Counted from the whole stretch's first letter, positions 22,516-35,700 are shown. The stretch: DNA of 61,364 bases, filler included, from Porpidia crustulata (GCA_964255105.1; 2 parts of 2 records of this genome joined end to end with filler, not necessarily neighbours in it); one strand, 5' to 3'. Notes: generated by a model from the letters alone, not told the origin. Made by a program: numbers and translations.

Positions 22516-24868
22516 ATGGAGGAGGATACTCTGGAGCTGGGCGATTCGTCTGCTCCGATGGTATCTAGCGAAGCTAACGATCTGCAACAGGCCTCACATG
22601 CTCCAAGTGCGCAATTTATTAGCGATCTGGGCTTAAAAGCTGCCGAGAACAACATAGGTAGTTGTTTTTGTTGTAACATGTTTGAATGCACTAGCACTTC
22701 AGGCACTGACTAACTCCGTCATTACACAGAGGTACTCGATTCAGAGAGACTTCCAAATGCAGCTGCTACTATGGTCGACGAACCAGACCAAAAACCATCA
22801 GATCCTACGCCTACACCAATATCAGATAACCCCCTTGATGCTCCTGATGCGCCAAGACCTGGTGATGAGGATGAAGACCGGGAAGACGAAGAGATGGCTG
22901 GAACGGGGGAGGAACTACGGAAGGAAGGGCTCAGTCCTGGAAAAGACGTTCCCGAGGAGCCGAACTCCCAACATGTTACAGATGGCGCCGTAGACGGACA
23001 ACCAATCTCAACAAAAGGTGCACTTGAATCGTCAGCACGATCGCACTTGATGACGCAGGCGCACGCTATCATCTTACCCAGCTACAGTACATGGTTTGAT
23101 ATGCACCAAATCGATGAAAAGGAGAAGAGGGCGCTTCCTGAGTTCTTCAACAATCGGAATCGCAGCAAAACATGGGCAGTATACAAGGACTATCGTGACT
23201 TCATGATCAATACATACCGTCTAAACCCTCAGGAATATCTCACAGTCACCGCTTGCCGGCGAAATCTTGCCGGTGATGTATGCGCTATAATGAGAGTCCA
23301 TGCCTTCCTTGAACAATGGGGCTTGATTAATTATCAGGTAATAGCTTGCTTTTACTGGTGGATTCACACACAACTGCTGATACCTGCCACAGATCGATCC
23401 AGATACCCGGCCCTCTGCAATCGGACCCCCTTTCACCGGGCATTTTCGATTCTTCGCCGATACTCCGCGTGGTTTACAAGTTTTTTCGCCCGCACCGAAA
23501 TCCGAGGTAACGCAGGGTAAAGATACCAGACAGACTCAAAGTTTGCTTGAGCACTACAGTAGTGCTCCAGAGGCTGAAAAGCGCCGCTTCAACCTGGAAA
23601 TACGACGGAATATTTACGACACCAAGGGCAAAGACTTGATGATTGGTGCAGGAGAGAGACATTCCAATGATGAAGATGCCAGTCCGAATGGCGCAGCACC
23701 CCAGGAATCGTCCGGCAAGACGATTGAGGATCTAGCAAAAGAGCCCAAGAAAATGCTGAATTGTTCCTCGTGCGGAATAGACTGTACGCGACTTCGCTAC
23801 CACCTTACAAAAGCCGCGTCTGCTGCAACAGCCAAAGTTGATTACGACCTTTGCCCGCAATGCTTCTTTTCAGCTCGGTACGGCGGCGAGCTAAGCTCGC
23901 TTGATTTTTCGAAACTTGACGATCCAAATTACACCGCTATACCAGATCGTGATTCACCATGGACTGACGCTGAACTTTTACTTCTCCTTGAAGCTTTAGA
24001 GTTCGAAGATGACGACTGGAGCAAAATTGCGGACCATGTAAAAACCCGAACACGAGAAGAATGTGTGGTAAAATTTTTGCAACTCGAAATTGAGGACAAA
24101 TACCTCGAAAGCGATCCGTACGGCAATGTCAGCTACGGTACCCTTGATCAAGGGCGAGTACCTTTCACGCAGGCTGACAACCCAGTTATGTCAGTTGTTG
24201 GTTTCCTTGCTGGCTTGACCGAGCCTGGTATTGCCGCAGCAGCCGCCGGCCGTTCCGTTGACGAAATGCGAAGAAGTCTTCGCAATCGGCTCGAAAATGG
24301 ACTTGGGGCAGAATCGGTGATCAGCAGCAAGGACAAGGATCCAATGAAGACGGAAGATTCCATGGATGTCGATATGGTCGAGAGCCCGCAACCTGACGAC
24401 AATACCCAAGTCGCTATCCCAGAAGAAAAGCATGGTCGCACTACCTCTCTCCCCGCAATTGCAATGGCCACGTCTGCTGCCCGTGCCGCGGCCCTGGCTT
24501 CCAATGAAGAACGCGAAATGACTCGCCTGGTTTCTAGCGCTGTAAATACGTCTCTCCAAAAACTTGAGCTCAAACTTCAGCAATTTTCAGAGATGGAAAT
24601 GTTTCTGCAAGCTGAACGACGCGAGCTGGAGCGTGGGAGACAGCAGCTATTCCTCGATCGGGTGGCGTTCCGGAAGAGGATGGGGGAGATGGAAGATGCG
24701 TTCAAAAATGCCAATCTGAGCGTCGGGGAGGAAGGGATGAGGATGTTTCAAGACGCCGCTAATGGCGGGGGAGAGAAGTTTGGGTTCCAGCGGATTAAGG
24801 AGGCTGGGAGGGAGGATGTGCAGCCATTAAGCACGGTGGCCGCCGGGTATAGGAACTACGAAATGTGA
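22516..24868 (+). CDS. RSC8: SWI/SNF-RSC core subunit (Rsc8/Swi3/Ssr2 family: SWIRM, ZZ, SANT, coiled coil); introns 22658-22729 and 23338-23392
   Basis: SWIRM ([37 protein letters not shown]), CSSC..CPQC, SANT ([13 protein letters not shown]) and [11 protein letters not shown]. Confidence 0.92.
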
Positions 24869-25571
24869 GATGTCAACGCTATCTATGCGAGTGGCTGTGT
24901 TATTCATGGGGCGTACTTGCTGGCTGGTAGTTGCCCGTAGCTTGCCTGGGGCGAGGATACTGGGAGTATCCGGTGGGTTTCGACAGTGTATTCTACTCTA
25001 CAGGAAGACTGCTTGTCGTGACGGACAAAGGTAGTTCTCTGGGTTCTAGTTAGCATCATCCTTGTTTTTTGTGATTCGAGGTTACGTGGTTGGTCAAGAA
25101 TGTTCATCGTTCCCATTCCATACTAACATTCACAAGCGGAGCCCATACACTCAACACCCTGCAGGAAAGAACTTTCAATCTCAAGAGGAGACCGAAAGAC
25201 CCATCAGCTGTTCGCGGAGCTGTATTTATCAATACTGTCGACGTCGCTGTCTGCACCGTCATCGCTAGCATCGAGCTTGCCCTGCTCTTGAGCGTCCACA
25301 GTACCGGAACCCTGGCCTGCCTGTTTGACGGATGGAGAGATTAATTCATCAGACCCTTCTTGCCCATGATCCACTGCTTGGTTCGAGTTTCTGCCAGTCG
25401 AGGAGTTGCTGCCCTCCACGTTCTCATCCTCGTTGATATCAATTGCCGGTGCGCCTTGATATGAATGAACAGACATGTCTCTCGCTTTGCTGTTTCTGGA
25501 AACCGACTGGTCACTTGCGTCGCCATTAGCCTTAACAAGATGCTCTCGTGCTGGCTGCATAGATGAAGTGT

Positions 25572-27155
25572 TCAACCGAGCCTCTCTAGACTGCTTCCGA
25601 TTGCGGTAATTTCTTTTGTAGATATTGGTGTGTGATGAGTTTCCCACTCCGCAACATAGTCTATCCAGGACCTCCAGTCATCCGCTGAATCTCTCCCCTC
25701 CCTTTCGCCTTTTGGCTGCCTCGGTAGCTCTGCCTTTAGTGCCCTGTCGTTTCCCGGAGGCTCCAGGGTTACCATCTGCCACAGACGTTGTTCCTCTTTT
25801 AGACTATCTCGAAGATCGAGAGCTTCGGCGTAGGTATCTTGTTCTTCCTCTAGGCGCTGTTCAGTAAGTGCGTGGCTTTTCTGACTCCTGTATGACAAAT
25901 CGGAATCGTTGCTTGAATTTGTGGCTTCGGTAGCACCCTCTGAATGGTGATCCGACAGCAATGGATTATCTCCGTATACTACACTGGTGGTAGGAGAAGA
26001 AGAAGCTCTTTCTTGGGAAAGAGTGGCATTGCTTTTGGTCTCGGCCTTGTGAGATCGATTTAACCTTCTCTCGACCTCTTCGTAACTCAAGTTTTCGCCC
26101 TTGACACTTTTGCGCCTGATGTCCTCAAAGACATCTACGCTGCACCTTCGTGCAACTGTAATCCAATAGCTGTCAGCATCATGGTTCAGGCCCAAAACAT
26201 TGAGCGCGGCAGTGACATCTTTACGTCTGACGTACTGCCCGTGCGTGTAATTTGATGTGTTCATAATCTTTATTCTTGACATTGCGATAAACAATGTTGA
26301 CTGAATCAAACGTCTTGTAATACTGATTGCAAGCTCATGAATGTCTGAGAACGCGGAATACGAAATTGAAGGGCTCTCCCCACTACTAACGTAGGAACGC
26401 CAATTGTACTCTGGATCATTCGAATTCATGAAAATATCGGTAGATAGTGTAAGAAAAGATCTTATGCTCAGTAATTTGGCTGCTGGTAGTATCCGCAGTG
26501 CCTCGTTCTCACCTCCACCATCTTCCTGCAAGCAATCTTCTATCCATAGGGCACTTTCAGCATTCAACAACCCAAGCTTCCCATATTGTGCAGTCGCTAA
26601 CTCTCGTTCTTCCTTCTCGTGTAGCGCATCGAGAGCCGTTGCGGCCTGATCAAGGGCATCACAGCAATCTCTGCTAACCTCCAAAGCCGCAGGTGCATCA
26701 TAGACGCTTATCGACTGCGGGCGACGATCGTAGATTAGATGCCCTCTTGTAGCTCTATCCAGTAGCTCAAGGTAAACACGTACTTCTAGCTCATTCTTGC
26801 TACCAATTGTAGCTGCGATACCCAAGAGATCATCCTTACCTTTTCGGGAGAGGGCCTCGAAGAAGGCCCCTTTCTCTCTCTGACTCCATTTTGTTATTCC
26901 GATCTGGCTCTCTCCCAATGATTCAAACCCACATGAGACAGTCTTCGTGACGGTATCACCTATCATACCGTTGAGTAAATTGCGATATTCATTGCTGTAA
27001 CGGCCTCTAAATCGCTTGAGCCGAGATTTAGGAGTCCTCTCATCTTGAGCTTTGCGTTTCTTGGACTCTTGTGAAATTTCCTTTCTACCAGATGTGGGCG
27101 AAGTTGATCCTATACCAGCTCTCTCTATTGAGGCTGAGGCTTGGACTGGAATCAT
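25572..27155 (-). CDS. RRN5: RNA polymerase I upstream activation factor subunit Rrn5-like; may extend to 25204 through a frameshift
   Basis: N-terminal SANT-like WSQREKGAFFEALSRKGK..IGSKNELEV, histone-fold-like SITRRLIQSTLFIAMSR..VRRKDV and C-terminal DWRSWIDYVAEWE. Confidence 0.75.
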   Translation of the reverse strand: MIPVQASASIERAGIGSTSPTSGRKEISQESKKRKAQDERTPKSRLKRFRGRYSNEYRNLLNGMIGDTVTKTVSCGFESLGESQIGITKWSQREKGAFFEALSRKGKDDLLGIAATIGSKNELEVRVYLELLDRATRGHLIYDRRPQSISVYDAPAALEVSRDCCDALDQAATALDALHEKEERELATAQYGKLGLLNAESALWIEDCLQEDGGGENEALRILPAAKLLSIRSFLTLSTDIFMNSNDPEYNWRSYVSSGESPSISYSAFSDIHELAISITRRLIQSTLFIAMSRIKIMNTSNYTHGQYVRRKDVTAALNVLGLNHDADSYWITVARRCSVDVFEDIRRKSVKGENLSYEEVERRLNRSHKAETKSNATLSQERASSSPTTSVVYGDNPLLSDHHSEGATEATNSSNDSDLSYRSQKSHALTEQRLEEEQDTYAEALDLRDSLKEEQRLWQMVTLEPPGNDRALKAELPRQPKGEREGRDSADDWRSWIDYVAEWETHHTPISTKEITAIGSSLERLG

Positions 27156-27750
27156 GCCTGCCACTTGCGGACCTCATGTGATATCACATCTCCAAATCTC
27201 GCATAATGAGATCGACTTCTTACCAAAAGCCATAAAATCTCATGCTACGGGATCAACTGAATTCTTTCAGCTTGAAGAAGCTTGCGCGACGTCTTCTATT
27301 CGGTGAATTAAGGTGCACACGTACAATATTGTGATACGAAAAGAGGCTTAGTGCAGGATCATTTACTTAAGCCTTACATTGTATAGGTGCCTTTTACATA
27401 CAGTAAAGCCACTAGGTCAGATGCTGATTAAAGGCACAGTTTGGTTATACTTCAGGCATCCTTGAAATTGATATCTACCTTAGATATTAGAACTGATAGT
27501 CTCATAGTCGAATCGACATTCAATATCATTGTAACGAAAAAAGCGACGCTAATTTATTTACAATACTCGTATCAACCTCCCAGTCGAATACCACCCTCAA
27601 TCGAACATCGCACCTAGGGTTAGGGCTGCGTGTTTCGACTGAGGGGTTGATGCGAGTACCAGCAGCCCTGCATTGGGTCCCGAACGAGTGCCATTGACGA
27701 AATCTATAATCCATCTGGAGGCGCTACATGGAAATGGCATAAGGTAAGGC

Positions 27751-29851
27751 ATGCAAACAGCTTTTCGAAGATTGTCCAAGTATTCCTGCTCTGACAATAC
27801 TGTTCTACGCCGAGTCCCGTACCGCTGGCTGGCCACATTAGTCGGTCGTGATGCTGCAAGTTCAGCTCCGCCGTCAGCCAACACAGTATTCCGGCTTCGA
27901 GAATATCAAGAGGAATGCATTCAGTCTGTACTCACGTACCTCGAAAGGGGCCACAGGAGATTAGGAATATCTTTGGCAACTGGAAGCGGCAAGACTGTAT
28001 GGCAGATAATCGCTCATACATGACTTTGCTGATCCGACAGCAGGTTATCTTCACCCAGCTCATCGACCGTATAAAGGCTCCTAAGGATGAAGCTACACAG
28101 ACTCTCATCCTGGTGCATCGACGTGAGCTCGTGGAGCAAGCAGCTCGGCATTGTTCCAACGCCTACCCATATAAATCCATCGAGATCGAAATGGGCAACC
28201 TTCACGCTTCCGGAGTAGCAGACATAACTATAGCATCGGTTCGTAGCATCCTTTCACAGGACCGGATGTCGAAATTTGAACCTGCGAGATTCAAGCTTGT
28301 GCTCGTAGATGAAGCCCACCACATTATTGCGCCAGGCTATATGGAGACTCTCCGACATTTTGGACTGGCAAATAGTGAGAATCTGGACAATAGCCCAGTA
28401 TTAATCGGCGTGTCGGCCACATTGTCTCGATTCGATGGATTGAGGCTCAGCGATGCTATTGATCATATAGTGTATCATAAGTGAGACGTTCTGGGTTTCC
28501 CGATATCATAGCAATACTGATCGAACGAAGGGACTATGTGGACATGATTGGGGAGAAATGGCTTGCGGACGTCGTGTTCACTACTGTGCAGTCAAGAGCA
28601 AATATTTCGGAGGTGAAGAAGGCTGCTAGTGGCGACTTCCAACTGGGAGATCTTTCCAGGGCGGTCAATACTGACGAGACCAACGATATTACTATCCGTG
28701 CCTGGCTCTCTCGAGCTAGAAATCGAAAATCCACACTTGTATTCTGCGTTGATCTTGCACACGTATCCGCTCTTACGGCGACCTTCCGAAAGTATGGCAT
28801 CGACGCCCAATTCGTCACAGGCGACACCCCGAAACATGTTCGTAGCCAGAGACTCGACGCATTCAGAAATCAAGACTTCCCTGTGCTTGTCAATTGCGGT
28901 GTCTTTACCGAGGGTACGGACATCCCAAACATTGATTGCGTTTTGCTTGCGAGACCCACGAGGTCACGCAATTTGCTTGTTCAAATGATTGGTCGTGGCA
29001 TGCGTTTGCATCCAGGAAAATCCAACTGTCATGTTATTGATATGGTAGCCTCGCTCGAGGCCGGAGTCGTCACTACGCCAACTCTGTTCGGACTTGATCC
29101 TGCGGAGTTGGTTCAAGAAGCCAATATTGAAGAGCTTAAGACACTACGAGAACGTCGGGCGAAAACACTGGATGAGCGCCACGAGTCACGAGCAGCAGTT
29201 TTCTCGTCATCCTCTACAGAGGGTTCCAGTACATCAGGAAGGAGCATCACCTTCACCGATTACGGCTCAGTATATGACCTTATTGACGACAGTTCGGGTG
29301 AGCGACACATCAGAGGTATTAGCCCGCTTGCTTGGGTACTCGTAGGACCGAAATGCTATATTCTGTCGAGCCAGAACGGGAGCTTCCTACGAATAGAGCC
29401 GGCTGCAGACTCAACATCTCTATTTCGCGTTCGGTTCACAGACAAGATACCTGAGATTGATGGCAGCGCTAGGAACACGCTGATGCGCCCGCGAATAATC
29501 GCTGAAGCACTGACATTCTCAGATGCCGTTCATGCTGCTGATACCTTGGCAACCAAGAAATTTCCTTGGATATCTATCTCGCACAGACAGGATTGGAGGA
29601 AAAAGCCGGCGACAGATGGACAGCTTGTGTTCCTAAACAAGATGCGGGAATTGGATAATCAATTAGCCGCCGAAGACATCTCAAAGGGCAAAGCTACCGA
29701 TCTTATCACGAAGATCAAATTTGGAGCGAAAGGATGGTTCAAAAGGCTCGAAGCGACGAAGAAAGCAGCGGGAAGGGCTAACGACAAGGCCGGCCAAATA
29801 GCCGTCTTGAGGCAGCGAGAGCAGGTCAGTGTCGGACCTTTGACAATGTGA
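27751..29851 (+). CDS. IRC3: Mitochondrial SF2 DExH helicase Irc3; introns 27997-28043 and 28481-28530
   Basis: [35 protein letters not shown] and QMIGRGMR motifs; Arg-rich presequence. Confidence 0.92.
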
Positions 29852-30469
29852 CGGAAGATAGCTTAGGCATTTGGGCCTTGTTAAGACATGTTGACCTCAT
29901 CCAGACGTAGTTGAGGACACACATCAATCCTCATTAATCAAGCTAACCCTTCCAGAAGGTCTCGGGATCGAATTGCTTGAATATTTTTGTCTTGAGATGT
30001 AGCAGCTTTAGAACAATCATTATAGCCAGTTGGTGGATTGGTTTGTCCTAGGAGGTATGGTGGTGATCGTTTCATTCAAACTTGCAATATTGCATAGTGC
30101 GATTAGACGACGCTCAGTTGTGCTGTGTGCACGCAAGCATTCCTTGGAATCACCAGTTATCCTGGATACCTTCATCCACTGTAGCGCGGATGCCGTGAAA
30201 GCAACCCTGCAGACACCGATTGCGCACACGGAACTCAGACCATGCAGCGCATTCGGTAGTGTAGATCCACATTGCCGAGAGTATATCTGGACTTTTGAAG
30301 AGGTGTGCGACCGAGCAAAGCCAGTATACGCATACTCGTACATTCAACGCTATGATTCCATGTTTAAAGTCCTTGGTCGTTCACATTTGATAACCAAGAA
30401 GCTTGGACCCTCGACAGGGCTGGAAGCGGCGACTCCAATCTCTCCCAGTCCCCATACAGATGTCATCCG

Positions 30470-30739
30470 TATTCCGTAAGATATTCCGTACTGCGTAGTA
30501 ATCATTATTGTCTCAGTTCTCAGACAATGTTAAATTCGATTAAGTTTCTTTGAGTTAATCGATTCGTTAAGTTTCTTCGAATTAACGTTTTTCTTTAAGT
30601 TTTTTTCGAATTAATTTGAATTAATTACGTAACGTACGAGTAACACGTTTAAACGCAGAATTTCATAATCTTATTAAATACGCGTTATGTTAATCTAAAA
30701 GGGCGGCCGCCACAGTAACTGCAGCACTATAATGGGTTA
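30470..30739. repeat. AT-rich degenerate repeat abutting an assembly gap (possible RIP-decayed transposon end)
   Basis: TATTCCGTA occurs twice. Three copies of TTAAGTTT(C/T)TT(C/T)GA(A/G)TTAA at about 30540, 30567 and 30595. TpA-rich. Confidence 0.5.
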
Positions 30740-30839
30740 NNNNNNNNNNNNNNNNNNNNNNNNNNNNNNNNNNNNNNNNNNNNTTAATTAATTAANNNNN
30801 NNNNNNNNNNNNNNNNNNNNNNNNNNNNNNNNNNNNNNN
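30740..30839. other. Assembly gaps (N runs 30740-30783 and 30796-30839)
   Basis: N characters separated by TTAATTAATTAA. Confidence 1.
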
Positions 30840-31721
30840 GTCCTTCCACCCACCACACTGCTATCGCCACCAGAAATTCCCCCAGCCTCCCGTTCCCCAG
30901 CGTCTGGCAGACATCGATGCCCTTCCTGCCTGCCTGATTTGCTGTCGCCACAAATAGCGCCACCAGGTTTTCCAGGACATGGTTCGTCCGCTCGTATTGA
31001 TATGCAGTGCGAAGCAGGACTTGAAGATGTGGGAGGACTAGCTGGAAGAGCAGGAAAAGTTGGATGATGGAGGAAGCGAGAATGCGGTGCAAAATGGATG
31101 GTCTTTTCCTGTGGGGGCGGCGATGGTGGTGTGACGAATCCCGAGAGGGAACACGAATGGATTCGGGAAGGGCGGTTTCGATAGCTGTGCGTTCTTGTAT
31201 GGTGAGGGTTGTTGGTAGGCCTTGGAGTAGGTAGGTGAGCGCGTGGATGTAGAGTTGGCGGCTGAATGCTTGGCTTCCTGGGCGCGGGCAATTGGAATCT
31301 GAAACCGCAGCCTCGAGGAGGCTTAATCCTTGGTTTCAGTCAGCTCTAGGTAGCTATTGGAGTATCTGCAGGGGCGAGACGCACCTTGATTAGCGTACTT
31401 CCATGTAGGGTCTCCACTCTCACTGGCTACACCTGTCAAGAACCTCGAGGGGGAGGATCGCGACGAGGAAGAGTCCGAGTCGTGTAACAGGGTCTCAATT
31501 TCAGCGCCTGCGCTTTCGGAGCGACGGTGGAGTGCGACGTTTTTATATTGAGAGCGCGAACGTATGGGCCATGAACGGAGGGAGTAGAAACGAGGAACCC
31601 TGGATTGTACGGCATTGGGAAGGATGGTATAGAGCATGGAGGGCGAGGAATCTGACGGGGTGGGATCTGGACGTGGTAAGGATTCTGGCGCAGCGAGCGT
31701 TTGTTCATTGGGTGGTACCAT
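30840..31721 (-). CDS. Conserved-looking hypothetical fungal protein, 3' end lost in the gap; intron 31329-31384
   Basis: The spliced frame reads WKYANQG-LSLLE..FSRQLYIHALTYLLQGLP..LHRILASSIIQLFLLFQLVLP..YQYER. Confidence 0.7.
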
Positions 31722-32189
31722 CGAGATTGACGGGTCAGTAGCAGGAACGAAGCAAACTAAGTGAGCATTGCTGTTATGCACGGCAAGTAACATAGAAGAT
31801 GAAGAATAAGATATAAGCTCTAGAAGAGTACAATGCTAGAACTGGAATTGCTCCATCAGCAGCAGTTGTGAGAGACGGAAGGAGCTCAACGGTTTGAGAG
31901 CGTCAGTTTCACATGCAAATGGGAAGTCTCCCCAACGCAGTCCCCAAGGCAATTAATACTCATTGAGCCGAGCGCTAGGAGGCTTGATAGACCACTCAGA
32001 TGCCGTGCATCCTTCACATGGTAGAGTCGCGAAAGCATTGATTGCTTGGTTTCTAACGCGATCAACAGACGAAGAGTGGTGATTAGACGAAGTATGCGTG
32101 GTATGGTAACTTGAGAAAGAATTTCATGGGGTGCAAACTGTTTTACTATAATTATATATATTATTATCGAGGGATCTATTAACAACAAA

Positions 32190-32280
32190 TCCAAATTGGT
32201 CTAGTGGTTAGGATATCCGCCTCTCACTCAGTTCAGAGCCATGTTCGCGGATGGCCGGGGTTCGATTCCCCGATTTGGAT
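32190..32280 (+). tRNA. tRNA-Glu (anticodon CTC) with a 19-nt intron (32227-32245)
   Basis: Acceptor stem TCCAAAT/ATTTGGA, A-box TGGTCTAGTGG, anticodon stem TCCGC/GCGGA, T arm CGGGG-TTCGATT-CCCCG, and a T5 terminator at 32285-32289. Confidence 0.93.
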
Positions 32281-32725
32281 TAACTTTTTGTCTTTTGTAA
32301 GACCTGTCCACTCGTCGTTGCTGTATATCAAACTCTATTGACTTCATGGCTATTCGATATCTGAACAAATTTGGTATGATTTTACAGCGTGGAACACGGA
32401 TTCTGAATTGCGTTATGTAGCCACGTAGTCTACGTGTGACTGTACACATGATTTCCCAGGAGATATAACCTTTTGACGATTTGATAGCTATCATGAGTAA
32501 GTCTTTGGTCTAGCCTTACATACATCTGCACGACAGCTCCATGATGACTTAGCATCTTGAATATGCTCAAGGCTCAATCATGTGAAGGTCCAGGCCAGCG
32601 ACTCGACATTCTGCAGAGGTACACCTCACGATGCCTGCGCATCTAAGCAGCATATGGAACAAACCTTCGAATCAAATGAGGCTTTTTGAACTACTAAGCA
32701 CTCTGTGCGCGTACCGGAAGCGCCC

Positions 32726-35700
32726 TCAAAGTTTTCCTAAAAGAATTCCCTTTCGGAAGATCTTGACATCCTCCACCTCGCCCAGACCGTAACTAGTATC
32801 AGCGTGTAACCGCATTGCACTTCCCATTTGACTTATCTCATCCCCGAGCAGATCCGCGTCAGAAGATTCTCCGGTATCATCGTCGTCGGTCGCTTTAGCT
32901 TTTCCTTTGCCTTTGCTTTTCGTCTGCGCCTTCATCTTCCTACCCTCTTCCCTCGTCTTGAAAAATGCTGACCAGTGTTGAGACTTCCGCGAGACACGCC
33001 TCACATCATTGTTAAAAGCGATCCACCTGAGGTTGGCTTCTGGGTAGTGCGAGAAGCTGTCGACGGCTGAATGGAGGCTCTCGGGGTAGAGTACGGCACG
33101 GTTATGCTCACGCAGTACTAGTAAATGTAGAGCGATGAGATTCAGGAACGAGGACACATTTTGCATGAAGATATGCTTTGACTATTAGATTCCTTCCGAA
33201 GACGAGCGGTACCAAACTTACAAAAATATCCAGGCTCATACTGACGGCCAATTCCCTCAGACAACCCCCTTCCCGGCTCAATAACAAAATAAGCCTGGCG
33301 TCCAAATCCCAAGCATCATCATTATCGTTCTTGATCATAAGTCGCTTCAACGTCTGAATATGCTTTCGAAGCCCCTTCTTACGTATGTCAGTGACGTTGA
33401 CACTAGCGCGAGCAATTATGGCCGTGTCGATCTCGCGCTTGGTGCTACGTTCGTGCATGAACAACTCAGTGAGTCCTTTGAATGTCTCGAGGAATTCAAG
33501 AAAGGCAATTGAAACGTCGTCAGTATGGATGCTCTGAAGACAAACTTGTATCGAACGATGCTGTAGCCGTGTGAGAAGGAGCCAGAATCCGGTTTGAGAT
33601 CCCACGTTGAGGAGCGTCAAGCGTCTCAAAACGTTGAGATCTAGGCCCCGTGCTAGGATCGACCCTTTTAGCGGAATCATATAAAGACAGAACTCTTCGA
33701 TGGATAGACCATGCGTTTCTCGGATATAATCTTGCATCGCCTCATCGGGAGACTTGCTTGCGCTATGAGATTGGTCCTCTTCTTCTGGTCCAAGACTTGT
33801 ACGTGCAGCTCCAGCCTGGAGTCTGGTAGGCCCTGGATTGGTGGGCTCTAGGTTGTCAAATCTAGCACGCTTACGAGGGGAGACTGGGGCTTCTTCGCTA
33901 TCAACACTCGTCTCCTGATCGGCGCCCGCCTCTAGTGTATCTTCATCAGGATGCTCCATATCAATGTCAATGGAACCGTCCCGCGTTTCTACGATCGGTT
34001 CTGAGGCCGAGAAAAGTACTGGTATGTTTGATGACGAGGTACCTTCAGCGTTCTCAGATCCTTCATTGGGATCTACATCATCCACTGCGAAAAATGGATC
34101 GATGTTGTCTTGCCCTTCTGGAATATCACCGGCTGCTGTTTCGTTCATCAAGCTCGAAATTCCAGGCTGAACATTGGTGTGAGGAAAAGATGCAAGGTCC
34201 GAAAGCATGCTGCTCAAAGTACTTTCGTTGCCAAAGCTATGATGAGCACTTTTGCTCGCGCTTGAAAGCGCGAAAGAATCGCCAGAAGCGCCAGAAATTG
34301 GTGGGTACAATGAAGAGTTAAGGTGAGGCATCTGAAACAATTCTGATGGACCCGGTTGATAGGGCGGAGTATGTGAACCCACGTAGGGGTTGCCCACGTG
34401 CGTAAAAGCCATCTCAGTTCCCGATTTTCCACTACTAGATTTCATAGAGGAAGTTAACGGTAATTTTTCGCTAAAGTGCCATTGGCTAGACGAGAGGGGC
34501 AAAAAGGAACTGGAATCGGAACTGGGGATCTTGGTAGTCGCAATATCAAAAACTGGTTGCGGCGGTGGTGGTACAGATCCTGAAGCCTTCGTCGCAGATT
34601 CCGGTATTAGACTAAATGACTTGTTTGCTTCTTTGATCGGCTTTTTAGTCTTTTTTCGGAGAGTCTTAAGATATCTCTCAGCTGCTTTCACTGTCATCTC
34701 TAGGAATTCTTTAGGATGCTCGTTGATGTCAGTCCCACGAAGGGTCTTGTAGCAGCCGATGAGCTCTTTCGCCATAGCTTTTGCGTCCAGGGTAAAGATA
34801 CCCTGGGCTTCCAAGGCATCGGACTTCGTCGTCAATGCTAGACTCTTTTCCAACCTTTTCCCTTCCAAAGCTACGTCTTGTAAGTCAAATATTCTGGCTA
34901 AAGTCGATTCTTGAGCGATCTTCTCCCGTCGAATATCAGCTTCATTGAATCCTTTCTTCGTAGTAATGCCATGCGGCTGAGAGGGGTCCATTATATCGTC
35001 ATCGTCGTCAAGATCCGTTTCAGTTAGCTCATCATCCATAGGGATAGGTACCGGGGGCTTGCGAGACTTGAGAGCAAGGTCTTGTGAAATAGATAGTGTG
35101 AGGTTCTTGAGAGTAGCGGAGGACGATTTTAGGCATCCAGCAATCTCCGAAAGACAGCCTAGGTCAGAGATCCCTAGAAGCGTCAAGCTCACAAGTTGCT
35201 TGAATTTGGAGAACGCGCGACCGCCATTCCAGTAATTATATTGCACAGGGCTTTCGATACTAGGATTCAGAGCTTTTACTTTCGAATGATTACCTTGGTA
35301 TACGTGCACCGGGAAGGGAGATGGTGGTGTAGCGTGGGTTGGAGGGGCTAAATTGTTTGATGGGTGGCTTAGTGGAAGGGGCGCTTGATGTGCTGATGCT
35401 GTTACGGATGCTTGAACGTCGAGTCTAAGTCGGAGATGTCTTAAGCTCTGGATTCTGTGTAGGGCTTTGTAGATAGCTCCGTTCAACTCTATTGGTATGT
35501 CCCATCTAGCGTTTGGGTCAGCTGTGAATCTTATGCTATTTCAAGGTTCTTTCACAAGGTAGTCCATACTGGAATCTCTCTAGAATTGTAGCTTGCTTGA
35601 CCATCAGAAGTATCGTGGTGTTCAGGACCTTGCTTGGATCTGCACTGGAATCCCAGAGAATTCGCCCCATTAGAAGAGAATTGTGAGAGCTACCATCGGC

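Noticed and set aside
30030..30479. 149-aa ORF downstream of IRC3
   Set aside because: TTG start, no recognisable motif and next to a decayed repeat.
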